Shown: positions 27,335 through 36,239 of the stretch, piece by piece
Numbering within the stretch: position 1 is the first letter of the stretch
Layout of the letters: each line of letters begins with the position of its first letter
Source of the DNA: an uncultured Pseudomonadota bacterium
GTDB lineage: Bacteria; Pseudomonadota; Alphaproteobacteria; Rs-D84
Reading direction: 5' to 3'
Assembly: GCA_902762295.1 (NCBI GenBank)
Contig: CACWNX010000001.1
Coordinates: 150,702-214,701 of the forward strand
Length of the DNA: 64,000 bases
The notes under the pieces: generated by a model
What the model was told of the DNA's origin: nothing
The model's input: the letters and a program-made list of their open reading frames with translations, nothing else
The model's database searches: none
Position numbers and translations under genes: made by a program

Positions 27335-28366
27335 ATGAACGCATTTATTCTTGTCGCCATTCTGGTTTTTATTCTGTGGCTTGGCAGTTCTATATTCATT
27401 CCATTATTGGTTGCAACATTTTTATGGTATCTGATAAATGCAACCGCGACATATTACCGCAAGATTTTCCCAGTGGTCCCAAAATCAAAGTTCGTAAATT
27501 TTGCATATAATTTATTATCTAATATTTTGGCAATTGGAACATTTATTGGTGTTATATACATATTTGCAACACGTGTCCGCCCAATGTTTACCGAATTGGT
27601 CGCGGCAATTCCGGATATTCAATCAAACCTGAATTCACTGTGGCATTATTTATCGGTAGAGTTTAATATAGACATAACCGCATTAGCATTGCCAAACATA
27701 ACCACAATCGTGTCAAGTATTGGTTCGTCGGTTGCGCGATTGGCGGCATCTATGGGCATGGTGATTGTATATATGATATTTATGTTTGTCGAACAGAGTA
27801 CATTTCATAAAAAATTCGCAGTTTTGTTTCCGAACAAGCCCCAAAACAAAAAAATGCGCTATATCACAACCAGCATAGACGAAAACATGAAAAAATATTT
27901 ATTTATGAAGACACTGGTTTCGGCAATTACCGGATTAATATCGTATGGATGGATGGCGATACTGGGGTTAAACTTTGCCGGCGTATGGGCATTTGCAATA
28001 TTTATTTTAAGTTATATTCCAACAATCGGCGCAATTATTGGATGCGGCATGCCAATACTGTTTGCGATTTTAATGGGCATGACATTAAACGAAGTAATCT
28101 TGGTTTCACTGGGTCTGATTGGATTACAGATATTATTTGGCAACATCATTGAACCAAAATTGACCGGAAAAACATTAAACCTGTCTACACTGGCAATACT
28201 TATAAACCTGGTATTCTGGGGGCTGATATGGGGTGTTGCCGGAATGTTTTTCAGTGTTCCTTTATTGGTTGCGACATTCATCATCACCGCCCAGTTTGAT
28301 TCCACGCGTTGGATTGCGATATTGCTGTCCGCCGATGGCAAAATCCCAGACAAGAACGAAGATTAG
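27335..28366 (+). CDS. AI-2E family transporter (PerM-like permease)
   Basis: 343 aa, about 8 TM segments, with an IPTIGAIIG...FFSVPLL pattern. Confidence 0.75.
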   Translation: MNAFILVAILVFILWLGSSIFIPLLVATFLWYLINATATYYRKIFPVVPKSKFVNFAYNLLSNILAIGTFIGVIYIFATRVRPMFTELVAAIPDIQSNLNSLWHYLSVEFNIDITALALPNITTIVSSIGSSVARLAASMGMVIVYMIFMFVEQSTFHKKFAVLFPNKPQNKKMRYITTSIDENMKKYLFMKTLVSAITGLISYGWMAILGLNFAGVWAFAIFILSYIPTIGAIIGCGMPILFAILMGMTLNEVILVSLGLIGLQILFGNIIEPKLTGKTLNLSTLAILINLVFWGLIWGVAGMFFSVPLLVATFIITAQFDSTRWIAILLSADGKIPDKNED

Positions 28367-28371
28367 ACGCG

Positions 28372-28815
28372 TTACCGGCGTATCATCGCAATCGCGTTTT
28401 CCAATATCACACGGGCGGATTCAGAATCTAATTTTTCCTTGATATCACGAACGGTTGCGTGTCCAATCTGTTCCATTGCCACCGATGACGACAAACATTC
28501 GTCAATAAAAATAATCGGCACATCGGTTGCGCCCGCCAACGCATTCGCAAACGCGCGCACCCGCGCGGTCGTTTCCGATTCCGTTCCATTGGTCCGCAGG
28601 GGCAACCCAATCACAATTCCAACCGCATGTTCCGATTTTACCAAATCTGCGATTTGTTGCACCAATTCGGTTGCGTTTTTTACAACAAGAACCGGTCTTG
28701 TAAATATAAATTCATGACTGTTATCGCACACCGCGACCCCGGTGCGTCGTACCCCCCAATCAATTCCAACCAAGCGACCAAATCTTGGAAAAACCTTGAA
28801 ATCGGACAAAATCAT
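28372..28815 (-). CDS. ruvX: YqgF/RuvX Holliday-junction-resolvase-like nuclease
   Basis: RLVGIDWGVRRTGVAVCD...GIVIGLPL..NGTES. Start set at the ATG at 28815; the longer ORF runs antisense into gatC. Confidence 0.85.
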   Translation of the reverse strand: MILSDFKVFPRFGRLVGIDWGVRRTGVAVCDNSHEFIFTRPVLVVKNATELVQQIADLVKSEHAVGIVIGLPLRTNGTESETTARVRAFANALAGATDVPIIFIDECLSSSVAMEQIGHATVRDIKEKLDSESARVILENAIAMIRR

Positions 28816-28852
28816 TGTATAATCACCTCTGCACATAAATATAGGATTAGAA

Positions 28853-29149
28853 ATGGCATTTAGCAAGCAACAATTACATAAATTCGCCGACCTTATCAAG
28901 ATTGATATTCCTGATGAAAAATTGGAACAGATGAATATAGATTCTGTGGTTGAATGGATTGATAAATTAAAGCAAATTGACACGCATGGTGTTGAACCAA
29001 TGCTGTCGCCGGCGGAACATGCCCTGCCCCGGCGGGCGGATGTGGTAACCGATGGTGGCATTCGCGATGCGATTCTGGCGAATGCCCCGGACCGGGCGGG
29101 CATAAGTCGCGGATACTTCGCAGTACCAAAAGTTATGGACGGAGATTAA
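28853..29149 (+). CDS. gatC: Asp/Glu-tRNA amidotransferase subunit C
   Basis: 98 aa. VAKLA-like start (LHKFADLIKIDI), VEPM and R.D motifs. Confidence 0.9.
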   Translation: MAFSKQQLHKFADLIKIDIPDEKLEQMNIDSVVEWIDKLKQIDTHGVEPMLSPAEHALPRRADVVTDGGIRDAILANAPDRAGISRGYFAVPKVMDGD

Positions 29150-29150
29150 A

Positions 29151-29564
29151 ATGCGGGCAAAAAAAACAAATGTTATTCTTACCAGTTATCCATACGACAG
29201 ATTGACACCGTCAACATTAAAATTGGGCGCGTGGTCCGAAGAAAAAAAACAAGAATTTTTGAATTTTGTTCGTGGTCATGATTTGTATAACCTGCGGGGT
29301 TGCTGCATTAACATTCATTCTGACAATTCTGTAATGCATGTACGGGGCTTTGCGCGGCCGATAACTTTTACACCGATACGTTCACGAAATAAAAATAATG
29401 AAATAATCATAGAAATTATCACAGACGAAGAAAATCGCACTTGTTGGCCGGTGGTATCGGCCACATGCCCGTTGTGTATACAGGATGGACAATGCACATC
29501 ACCATTGGTAAAGAAATATATTGGTGAATTTTTGTTTCCAAAGAAATATATAAAACAAAGATAG
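29151..29564 (+). CDS. Hypothetical Cys-containing protein embedded between gatC and gatA
   Basis: 137 aa. The ATG is 1 nt after the gatC stop, and its stop overlaps the gatA RBS (AGGAAG). Contains TCWPVVSATCPLCIQDGQC. No family recognised. Visibly more AT-rich than gatA. Confidence 0.55.
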   Translation: MRAKKTNVILTSYPYDRLTPSTLKLGAWSEEKKQEFLNFVRGHDLYNLRGCCINIHSDNSVMHVRGFARPITFTPIRSRNKNNEIIIEIITDEENRTCWPVVSATCPLCIQDGQCTSPLVKKYIGEFLFPKKYIKQR

Positions 29565-29572
29565 GAAGTGAA

Positions 29573-31039
29573 ATGATAGATCTAACTATTACCGAAGCAC
29601 TAAAGAAATTAAAATCGCGCGAAATCAGTGCAACCGAATTGACGCGCGCGCACCTTGCGCGGATTGAAAAATTCGGGTCCGAATTGAATGCATATATTAC
29701 CGTCACCGCCGAACGCGCACTGGCGGATGCCACCGCCGCGGACGAACGCATCAAAGGTGGCGATATGCGCGCACTGGACGGTATTCCAATCGCAATGAAA
29801 GATTTGTTCGCAACGCGTGGTATTCGCACAACCGCGGCATCACGGATGCTGGAAAATTTTATTCCGGAATATGAATCAACCGTTTCACAAAAATTTATTG
29901 ATGCCGGAACGGTATTACTTGGGAAATCAAACCTGGACGAATTCGCAATGGGAACATTTTCCAAAACATCTTACTTTGGTGCGCCCGTAAATCCGTGGCA
30001 AATGGAAAAACACCTTACCGCCGGTGGTTCATCGGGTGGTTCAACATCCGCAGTCGCATCGGGTATGGCAATGGGCGCAACCGGGACAGATACCGGTGGT
30101 TCAATTCGATTCCCATGTTCTATCACCGGCCTGGTCGGAATGAAGCCAACATACGGCCTGTCGTCGCGTTGGGGATGTGTTGCATTCGCATCGTCACTTG
30201 ATACACCGGGTCCAATTGCGCGCACGGTTGATGATGCGGCACTGTTGTTGTCCGCCATGGCGGGTCATGACCCCAAAGATTCAACCAGCGCAGATTTCAA
30301 ATTAAATTTAGAAGCGCCATTAAAACCAATTCTGGGCGATGGTAAAAAACTGCGTGTTGGTATAATCAAAGAGTTTAACAATGTAAAAATTTCCGATGAT
30401 ATGCAGAAATTATTCAATGCGCGCGTGGCCGATTTAAAATCCGCCGGTGCCGAAATTATAGAGGTTTCAATTCCAAACATCTTGGACGCATTGGCGGCAT
30501 ATTATATTATCGCCCCGGCCGAGGCTTCATCAAACCTTGCCCGATATGACGGTGTGCGTTATGGTCTGCGTGTAGAAGGGTCTGACATATACGACACATA
30601 TAAAAAGACCCGTGCCGCCGGATTCGGCGACGAAGTCAAACGCCGTATGATTATCGGCACCGCGGTATTATCCAGTGAATCTTATGATGTATATTTCATG
30701 CAGGCGGCACGTGTTCGCCGTATGATTGCCGATGCATTTAATCATGCATTTGAACAATGTGATTTGATTGTATGTCCATCGGGCGCGGGAACGGCGATGC
30801 CACTGGATTCCGATATGACACCATTGGAATATTACGCATTGGATTTGTTCACCGTGGCAATGAATTTGGCGGGCGTGCCGGCGGTAAGTGTACCATGCGG
30901 CATGGCGGCAAATGGTCTGCCATTGGGTATGCAAGTTGTTGGGAAAATGTTTGATGATGTTCGCGTGTTGCAATTGGCAAAACATATCGAACAATTCGCA
31001 AACATCGACAACCGACCAACAAAAATAATGGGGGAATAA
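29573..31039 (+). CDS. gatA: Asp/Glu-tRNA amidotransferase subunit A
   Basis: 488 aa. Amidase signature GGSSGGSTSAVASG and catalytic-region motifs. Confidence 0.95.
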   Translation: MIDLTITEALKKLKSREISATELTRAHLARIEKFGSELNAYITVTAERALADATAADERIKGGDMRALDGIPIAMKDLFATRGIRTTAASRMLENFIPEYESTVSQKFIDAGTVLLGKSNLDEFAMGTFSKTSYFGAPVNPWQMEKHLTAGGSSGGSTSAVASGMAMGATGTDTGGSIRFPCSITGLVGMKPTYGLSSRWGCVAFASSLDTPGPIARTVDDAALLLSAMAGHDPKDSTSADFKLNLEAPLKPILGDGKKLRVGIIKEFNNVKISDDMQKLFNARVADLKSAGAEIIEVSIPNILDALAAYYIIAPAEASSNLARYDGVRYGLRVEGSDIYDTYKKTRAAGFGDEVKRRMIIGTAVLSSESYDVYFMQAARVRRMIADAFNHAFEQCDLIVCPSGAGTAMPLDSDMTPLEYYALDLFTVAMNLAGVPAVSVPCGMAANGLPLGMQVVGKMFDDVRVLQLAKHIEQFANIDNRPTKIMGE

Positions 31040-31087
31040 AAAATGGTGGCCAGAAGTGGAATCGAACCACTGAGTTGTGGGATTTTC
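31039..31087 (-). repeat. Partial duplicate of the tRNA-Phe 3' half (att-like scar or pseudo-tRNA fragment)
   Basis: 31039-31073 is 35/35 identical to 31126-31160 (T-arm, acceptor 3' strand, CCA and 5 flanking A). GGGATTTTC at 31079-31087 matches the anticodon-loop region at 31165-31173. Confidence 0.85.
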
Positions 31088-31130
31088 GGGGGAATTGGTT
31101 CTATGGTGAAAAATAAAGGCAAAATAAAAA

Positions 31131-31206
31131 TGGTGGCCAGAAGTGGAATCGAACCACTGACACAGGGATTTTCAGTCCCTTGCTCTACCAACTGAGCTAT
31201 CTGGCC
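31131..31206 (-). tRNA. tRNA-Phe (anticodon GAA), CCA encoded
   Basis: 76-nt cloverleaf built by hand: GGCCAGA/TCTGGCC acceptor, GCTC-AGTTGGTA-GAGC D-arm, AGGGA-CTGAAAA-TCCCT anticodon arm, AGTGG-TTCGATT-CCACT T-arm. Confidence 0.9.
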
Positions 31207-31219
31207 ATCCGCAGGGTCA

Positions 31220-31248
31220 ATAATAAAATACGAAAAACAAAAAAGCAA
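31220..31248 (-). promoter_or_regulatory. Candidate promoter for tRNA-Phe
   Basis: The minus strand reads TTGCTT-N17-TATTAT, ending 13 nt before the tRNA 5' end. It overlaps the gatB RBS region on the other strand. Confidence 0.3.
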
Positions 31249-31260
31249 GGAAAAAGAAAA

Positions 31261-32781
31261 ATGTTTACAATTCATGGAAAAACAGGCGATTGGGAAGTAG
31301 TTGTTGGATTGGAAACTCATATCGAGGTTCTGTCCAAATCAAAGTTGTTTAGTGGCGCATCGGCGGACTATAATCCATCGGTTGCCCCCAATACCCAGGT
31401 TTCCATGGTCGATGTCGCTATGCCGGGCATGTTGCCGGTTTTGAACGAATACTGCGTAGACCAGGCAATTAAATTCGGTCTTGGGATAAATGCGGAAATT
31501 TCCCACAAAAGTTGCTTTGCCCGTAAACAATATTTTTACCCTGACCTGCCCCAGGGTTATCAGATTTCACAGCCTGCGGACCAACCACCCGTTGTCGGAC
31601 GCGGATGGGTTGAAATTATCGGCGATGACGGAAACCCTAAAAAGATTTTAATCGAACGCGCACATTTGGAACAAGACGCAGGTAAATTAAAACATGATGT
31701 CCACCCAACCAAATCTTTTGCCGATTATAACCGCACCGGTGTCGCGTTACTTGAAATTGTATGCTTTATTGATGTAAACAACAAAGAAGAAAATTCATTT
31801 ATTACTTCCCCGGACGAAGCCGAAAGATATCTGCGTCAAATTCGCGAAATCGCGCGCGCATTGGGTGTATCCAAGGCAAACATGGAAGAAGGTTCTATGC
31901 GCGCAGATGTCAATGTGTCCGTCCGTCCAGTTGGTGCAAAATATTTCAATGAACGTTGTGAAATTAAAAATATGGTTTCGTTTAAGTTTATTAAATCAGC
32001 CATTGAATACGAAGCGAAACGACAGATAGAAATATTGGAAAACGGCGGTAAAATCGACCGTTGCACTATGCGCTATCTCCCGGACGAAGGCATAACCACA
32101 GTCATGCGCAGCAAAGAAGACGCGTTAGATTATAGATATTTTCCGGACCCGGATTTGTTGCCACTTATTATCACAGACGAACAAATTGAACGCATACGGC
32201 GGACTATGCCAGAATTACCGGCGGCAACCCGTAGCCGATATATTGAAAAGTTTGGTTTGGCGGAATATGATGCGGCGCGCCTTACCGAAACGGTTGATAT
32301 TTCACATTGGTTTGATGCGGCGGTCGCGGGCAAAACCGAACGCGCCAAGGGCGTTGCGAATTGGATGATTTCTGAATTATTTGCGCACCCGGAAAACTAT
32401 GACATAACAAACGAAAAATCGGGCATTGTTGACGGCATGCGTATTATCACACCATCCGATTTGGCGGAATTGGTGGACATGGTTGCAAGCAAAGATATCA
32501 ATGGCAAACAGGCCAAAGAAATCTTTATTAAAATGTTGGATGGCGAATCTGGCACACCGCGTGAAATTGCCGACAAATTCGGCATGAAGCAAATTACCGA
32601 CACCGGTGCAATTGAAAAAATTATCGACGAAGTTATCGCCGCCAACGCACCCCAGGTTGAACAGTATAAATCTGGCAAGGTGGGATTGCTTGGATTCTTT
32701 GTCGGCAATGTTATGAAGAAATCGGGTGGCAGTGCGAATCCCGCCGTCGTGAACGAAATATTGAAACAAAAATTGGGTTAA
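31261..32781 (+). CDS. gatB: Asp/Glu-tRNA amidotransferase subunit B
   Basis: Start set at the ATG at 31261 (MFTIHGKTGDWEVVVGLETHIEV). The longer ORF start lies inside the antisense tRNA. C-terminal GatB/YqeY-like tail. Confidence 0.95.
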   Translation: MFTIHGKTGDWEVVVGLETHIEVLSKSKLFSGASADYNPSVAPNTQVSMVDVAMPGMLPVLNEYCVDQAIKFGLGINAEISHKSCFARKQYFYPDLPQGYQISQPADQPPVVGRGWVEIIGDDGNPKKILIERAHLEQDAGKLKHDVHPTKSFADYNRTGVALLEIVCFIDVNNKEENSFITSPDEAERYLRQIREIARALGVSKANMEEGSMRADVNVSVRPVGAKYFNERCEIKNMVSFKFIKSAIEYEAKRQIEILENGGKIDRCTMRYLPDEGITTVMRSKEDALDYRYFPDPDLLPLIITDEQIERIRRTMPELPAATRSRYIEKFGLAEYDAARLTETVDISHWFDAAVAGKTERAKGVANWMISELFAHPENYDITNEKSGIVDGMRIITPSDLAELVDMVASKDINGKQAKEIFIKMLDGESGTPREIADKFGMKQITDTGAIEKIIDEVIAANAPQVEQYKSGKVGLLGFFVGNVMKKSGGSANPAVVNEILKQKLG

Positions 32782-32785
32782 GGTA

Positions 32786-33133
32786 ATGACGGAAACAATC
32801 GTATTTATATCACCAAAAATAGATGAAACCATGCGGCAAAAAATCGCAGAATCATTGCGTATACGCGGAATTGCGATAACGGACAAAATGCAAAACGCGA
32901 CACTGGTTATTGCCGATGTTGCGCAACCTGTTAAACGCATTAGCATCGCAGATTTTGCAATAAAACTGGTTAACAATAAAATTCAAGAAGTTTTAACAAT
33001 GAAACGCGAAATTTTACTGTTTAACCAAAAGACCCAAAAGATAAAATCAAACTTGAATATGCCACTAAAACAATTTAATCAAATAAAACAAATAAACAGA
33101 AAAAATTTTTTAACACGAACAAATTGTAAATAA
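32786..33133 (+). CDS. Hypothetical protein
   Basis: 115 aa, starting 4 nt after the gatB stop. The C-terminal half is low-complexity and K/N/Q-rich. No motif recognised. Confidence 0.35.
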   Translation: MTETIVFISPKIDETMRQKIAESLRIRGIAITDKMQNATLVIADVAQPVKRISIADFAIKLVNNKIQEVLTMKREILLFNQKTQKIKSNLNMPLKQFNQIKQINRKNFLTRTNCK

Positions 33134-33148
33134 AAAAAGGATAACACT

Positions 33149-33310
33149 ATGGAACAAGTACAAATGATTTATGATATTATATTCGGTCAACGTTATATAA
33201 TGCGACCAATGGATTATATTGAAATTAAACCAACAAAATTGATTGGTGATGCAAAAGCATTGCAATGTGCGCGCATTGCCCAACGCAAAAACAACGGCAA
33301 AAACAGATAG
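33149..33310 (+). CDS. Possible small protein (53 aa), below the ORF-track cutoff
   Basis: Hand translation: MEQVQMIYDILFGQRYIMRPMDYIEIKPTKLIGDAKALQCARIAQRKNNGKNR. AAGGA lies about 8 nt upstream. No homology evidence. Confidence 0.25.
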   Translation: MEQVQMIYDIIFGQRYIMRPMDYIEIKPTKLIGDAKALQCARIAQRKNNGKNR

Positions 33311-33324
33311 TAGTAAAAAATCAC

Positions 33325-34632
33325 ATGCAAAAAAAATACTTTATTAAAACCTTTGGTTGTCAAATGAATGTGTACGACAGTTGGCGCATCGCCGCCATGC
33401 TGGATGCACGCGGCATGGTCGCCACCAAAGACGTTGCCGATGCGGACATAATAATATTGAACACTTGTTCTGTGCGCGAAAAGGCAACAAATAAAGTATT
33501 TTCCGAACTGGGGCGTATACGCGACATGAAAAAGCCCAGTGCCCTGTTCGGCATTGTTGGTTGTGTTGCACGCGAAACGGGTGCGACCGCATTCCACCGC
33601 ATACCCGAATTAAACTTTGTTTTGGGCCCGCAAAGTTATCACCGATTGCCACAAATCCTTGATGACCCGGATACAAAATTATTGAACATAGATTTAGGGG
33701 GCCTTGAAAAATTTGATGAATTACCACCAATGACAACTGCACCAACCGTGTCATATATTCCAATCCAGGAAGGTTGCAATCATTGCTGTACATATTGTAT
33801 CGTGCCGTACACACGTGGGCGCGAGGTTTCACGCGCCTTTGACGATGTTGTTCGCGACACATTGCATGCCGCCCAAACCGGCGCAGTGGAAATTTGTTTC
33901 TTGGGGCAAAATGTGAACGGTTATAAATACACCGATGAAAACGGCAAAACATATCGGTTGTCTGATTTAATCCGCGCGGCGGCAAAAATGCCAGAAATCC
34001 GCCGTATACGCTTCACATCCAGTTATCCAACCGAAATGACCGATGATTTGATTGATATGTTTGCGACCGAACCAAAACTGCTGCCATTTTTGAATATGCC
34101 GATTCAAAGTGGTTCGCCTGATGTCCTGCGCCGTATGAATCGCCCGTACAGTTTGGATGCATATATGGAAATTATTGATAAATTGCGCGCGGCACGCGGC
34201 GATATACAAATCTCAAGCGATTTTATTGTTGGTTTTCCGGGCGAAACGGATGCGGATTTTGAACAAACATTGGAAATCGCACGACGCGTTCGGTATATAA
34301 ATTCATATTCATTCAAATATTCACCGCGCCCGCATACGGCGGCGGCAACCATGCCGAACCAAATTCCGGAAAACATAAAACGTGAACGATTGGCGGTATT
34401 GGATAATGCACTTAATGAAATTCAACGCGAATTTAATGAATCGTGCGTTGATAAAACGTTGCCGTGTCTGTGCGAAGGCACGGACAAAACTGGGCGGCAC
34501 CTGCTCTATCGGACACCATATATGCAACAGTGTATCGTTTCAAAACCAAAAGATAATAATATACCAACAATGGCGGAAATAAAAATCACCGCCGCCAATC
34601 GTGCATCATTACGGGGCGAATTTATTAAATAA
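33325..34632 (+). CDS. miaB: tRNA-2-methylthio-N6-dimethylallyladenosine synthase MiaB
   Basis: Start at the ATG at 33325 (MQKKYFIKTFGCQMNVYDS). Radical-SAM motif CNHCCTYC and a TRAM-like C-terminus. Confidence 0.9.
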   Translation: MQKKYFIKTFGCQMNVYDSWRIAAMLDARGMVATKDVADADIIILNTCSVREKATNKVFSELGRIRDMKKPSALFGIVGCVARETGATAFHRIPELNFVLGPQSYHRLPQILDDPDTKLLNIDLGGLEKFDELPPMTTAPTVSYIPIQEGCNHCCTYCIVPYTRGREVSRAFDDVVRDTLHAAQTGAVEICFLGQNVNGYKYTDENGKTYRLSDLIRAAAKMPEIRRIRFTSSYPTEMTDDLIDMFATEPKLLPFLNMPIQSGSPDVLRRMNRPYSLDAYMEIIDKLRAARGDIQISSDFIVGFPGETDADFEQTLEIARRVRYINSYSFKYSPRPHTAAATMPNQIPENIKRERLAVLDNALNEIQREFNESCVDKTLPCLCEGTDKTGRHLLYRTPYMQQCIVSKPKDNNIPTMAEIKITAANRASLRGEFIK

Positions 34633-36132
34633 TCAGAAAATAATTTTTCTATTTAACGCAATTCTGTACGAAATCCCCATATCATCGTACAACACACCAA
34701 CATCAAATCCACCGCCGACACCATCCGCGTTTGACATCATGTCCATATATCCCCCACCATAAATGGCACCATCGGTTTGCACAAATATTTTGCCACCCGC
34801 CGAATAACTATTACCATCTGTATTGTCGGTATTTTCAACTTTTGCACCCATACGCAAATTAAAGTCCGTTTTTGTTTCTGAAACAACCGATGCATAATCT
34901 GCACGCACTCCAACGAAAGGTATTACATTAATATCATCGTACACCCGATAAACCAATCCAAAATCCGTCACTAAGTCTGCACCAAAACCACTTGGGTTAC
35001 GAATAACTGTGCCATTATGAAAAACATCTAAATCATTAAACATTGCATAAATAAATTTTCCATATGCATTTACATAATATCTGTCATCTATGTATTGTAT
35101 TCCAATATTTCCGCCGTATAGAGCGCCAGAATAATCATCATAATCCGATGAATAATCTATTGCACCACCGATAAATCCAATATTCCCCATCAACGAATCA
35201 GATATCTTTCCACTTAAATTTATATTTGCACCCATAATCACGAAATCATCACTATGCAAATAAAACGGTGTTATCACGGTTCCTGGTTCAAACTTTATTA
35301 AATCATGACTATTAAAACTTATTATCGGATTCATTAAATTTATTGGATTCGTTCGTACAGATTTTTCAAGAATCATTGCCATATCCGCGCGCGAATCTAT
35401 CGCATCTAATGCGACAATCAATTTATCATTTGGGTTTTCATCACGCAACGAATCCAAATAGTTTCCCAAGGCATCACCAATAACAACTTCGTAATTCGTA
35501 TACAACGAATTAAAAATATACAGAGAATCATCTATCCACTTTGCAGAATGTGTCATCGCGTATTCTTCTGATAAGAATGTTGTTTGTGAAATAACATTAC
35601 TGTTCACGACATGTGTTATCAGCGGTTGCGATAAATCATCTGGGATACCTGTTATCAAAAATTCCACACCATCACTGGTAATCTTTATGTTATTTGGAAA
35701 TACCGGAACATTGGTTCCGACTTCAAAGACACCATCCCCAAGATGAATTTCGTATGCATTACCCGCCGCACTTATCAAATCTGCCATATCTATATGGTCT
35801 GTGTAATCATTATATGCAAAAATAATATGCCCAGATAAATTCGGTATTGGATTGACACTGGCGCTATTGTGAATTTCTTGGATAATCGTATGACATTTTG
35901 CGCCACAATCAAAATTACCAGATATTACACCATAGTTATAAATTTTGACTGCATATGGACCCATAAATATAACATTTCCAGACAATGTCCCATAGTTTGT
36001 AATCGTCAAAGAATCGTCTACATCTATATTCTCTGTATAATTTTCGCCCACCGATATATAAACATCAGCGGCCGCGATATGCGGACACAACACACATAAA
36101 ATCCCCAAAATAATATGTGCATAATTTTTCAT
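34633..36132 (-). CDS. Autotransporter-like outer-membrane protein
   Basis: 499 aa with a signal peptide. The C-terminal ~270 aa show alternating beta-strand patterns and end in ...NRKIIF (C-terminal Phe). Confidence 0.5.
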   Translation of the reverse strand: MKNYAHIILGILCVLCPHIAAADVYISVGENYTENIDVDDSLTITNYGTLSGNVIFMGPYAVKIYNYGVISGNFDCGAKCHTIIQEIHNSASVNPIPNLSGHIIFAYNDYTDHIDMADLISAAGNAYEIHLGDGVFEVGTNVPVFPNNIKITSDGVEFLITGIPDDLSQPLITHVVNSNVISQTTFLSEEYAMTHSAKWIDDSLYIFNSLYTNYEVVIGDALGNYLDSLRDENPNDKLIVALDAIDSRADMAMILEKSVRTNPINLMNPIISFNSHDLIKFEPGTVITPFYLHSDDFVIMGANINLSGKISDSLMGNIGFIGGAIDYSSDYDDYSGALYGGNIGIQYIDDRYYVNAYGKFIYAMFNDLDVFHNGTVIRNPSGFGADLVTDFGLVYRVYDDINVIPFVGVRADYASVVSETKTDFNLRMGAKVENTDNTDGNSYSAGGKIFVQTDGAIYGGGYMDMMSNADGVGGGFDVGVLYDDMGISYRIALNRKIIF

Positions 36133-36195
36133 ACCTCAGGGATTTTAACACGCAAGATTTTATTCTTAAAGCAAAAAATCCAAAAATAGTAAAAT

Positions 36196-36211
36196 GGGCG
36201 CGACCGCGCCC
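36196..36211 (-). terminator. Terminator after the 36240 lipoprotein gene
   Basis: GGGCGCG-AC-CGCGCCC GC-rich hairpin with a T-rich tract on the minus strand. Confidence 0.5.
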
Positions 36212-36239
36212 GTTCAACGTAATACTTATCGTAAACAAA

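Noticed and set aside
28816-29103. The N-terminal extension of the ruvX ORF (243-aa version)
   Set aside because: The extension runs antisense through gatC and has no YqgF similarity. The conserved RuvX N-terminus (GIDWG..RTG) begins right after the internal ATG at 28815.
29419-29964. A 181-aa minus-strand ORF
   Set aside because: It is antisense to the unknown ORF/gatA junction, has no RBS, and gives a Ser/Ala/Ile-rich low-information product.
30832-31320. A 162-aa minus-strand ORF, and the 31180 start of the gatB ORF
   Set aside because: Both read through the tRNA-Phe gene and its duplicated fragment. gatB has a proper RBS and a conserved N-terminus at 31261.
32377-32976. A 199-aa minus-strand ORF
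   Set aside because: It is antisense to the 3' end of gatB and the following ORF, and shows no motif or RBS.
33344-33985. A 213-aa minus-strand ORF
   Set aside because: It is antisense to miaB and gives an Arg/Cys/His-rich product typical of the reverse frame of a coding region.
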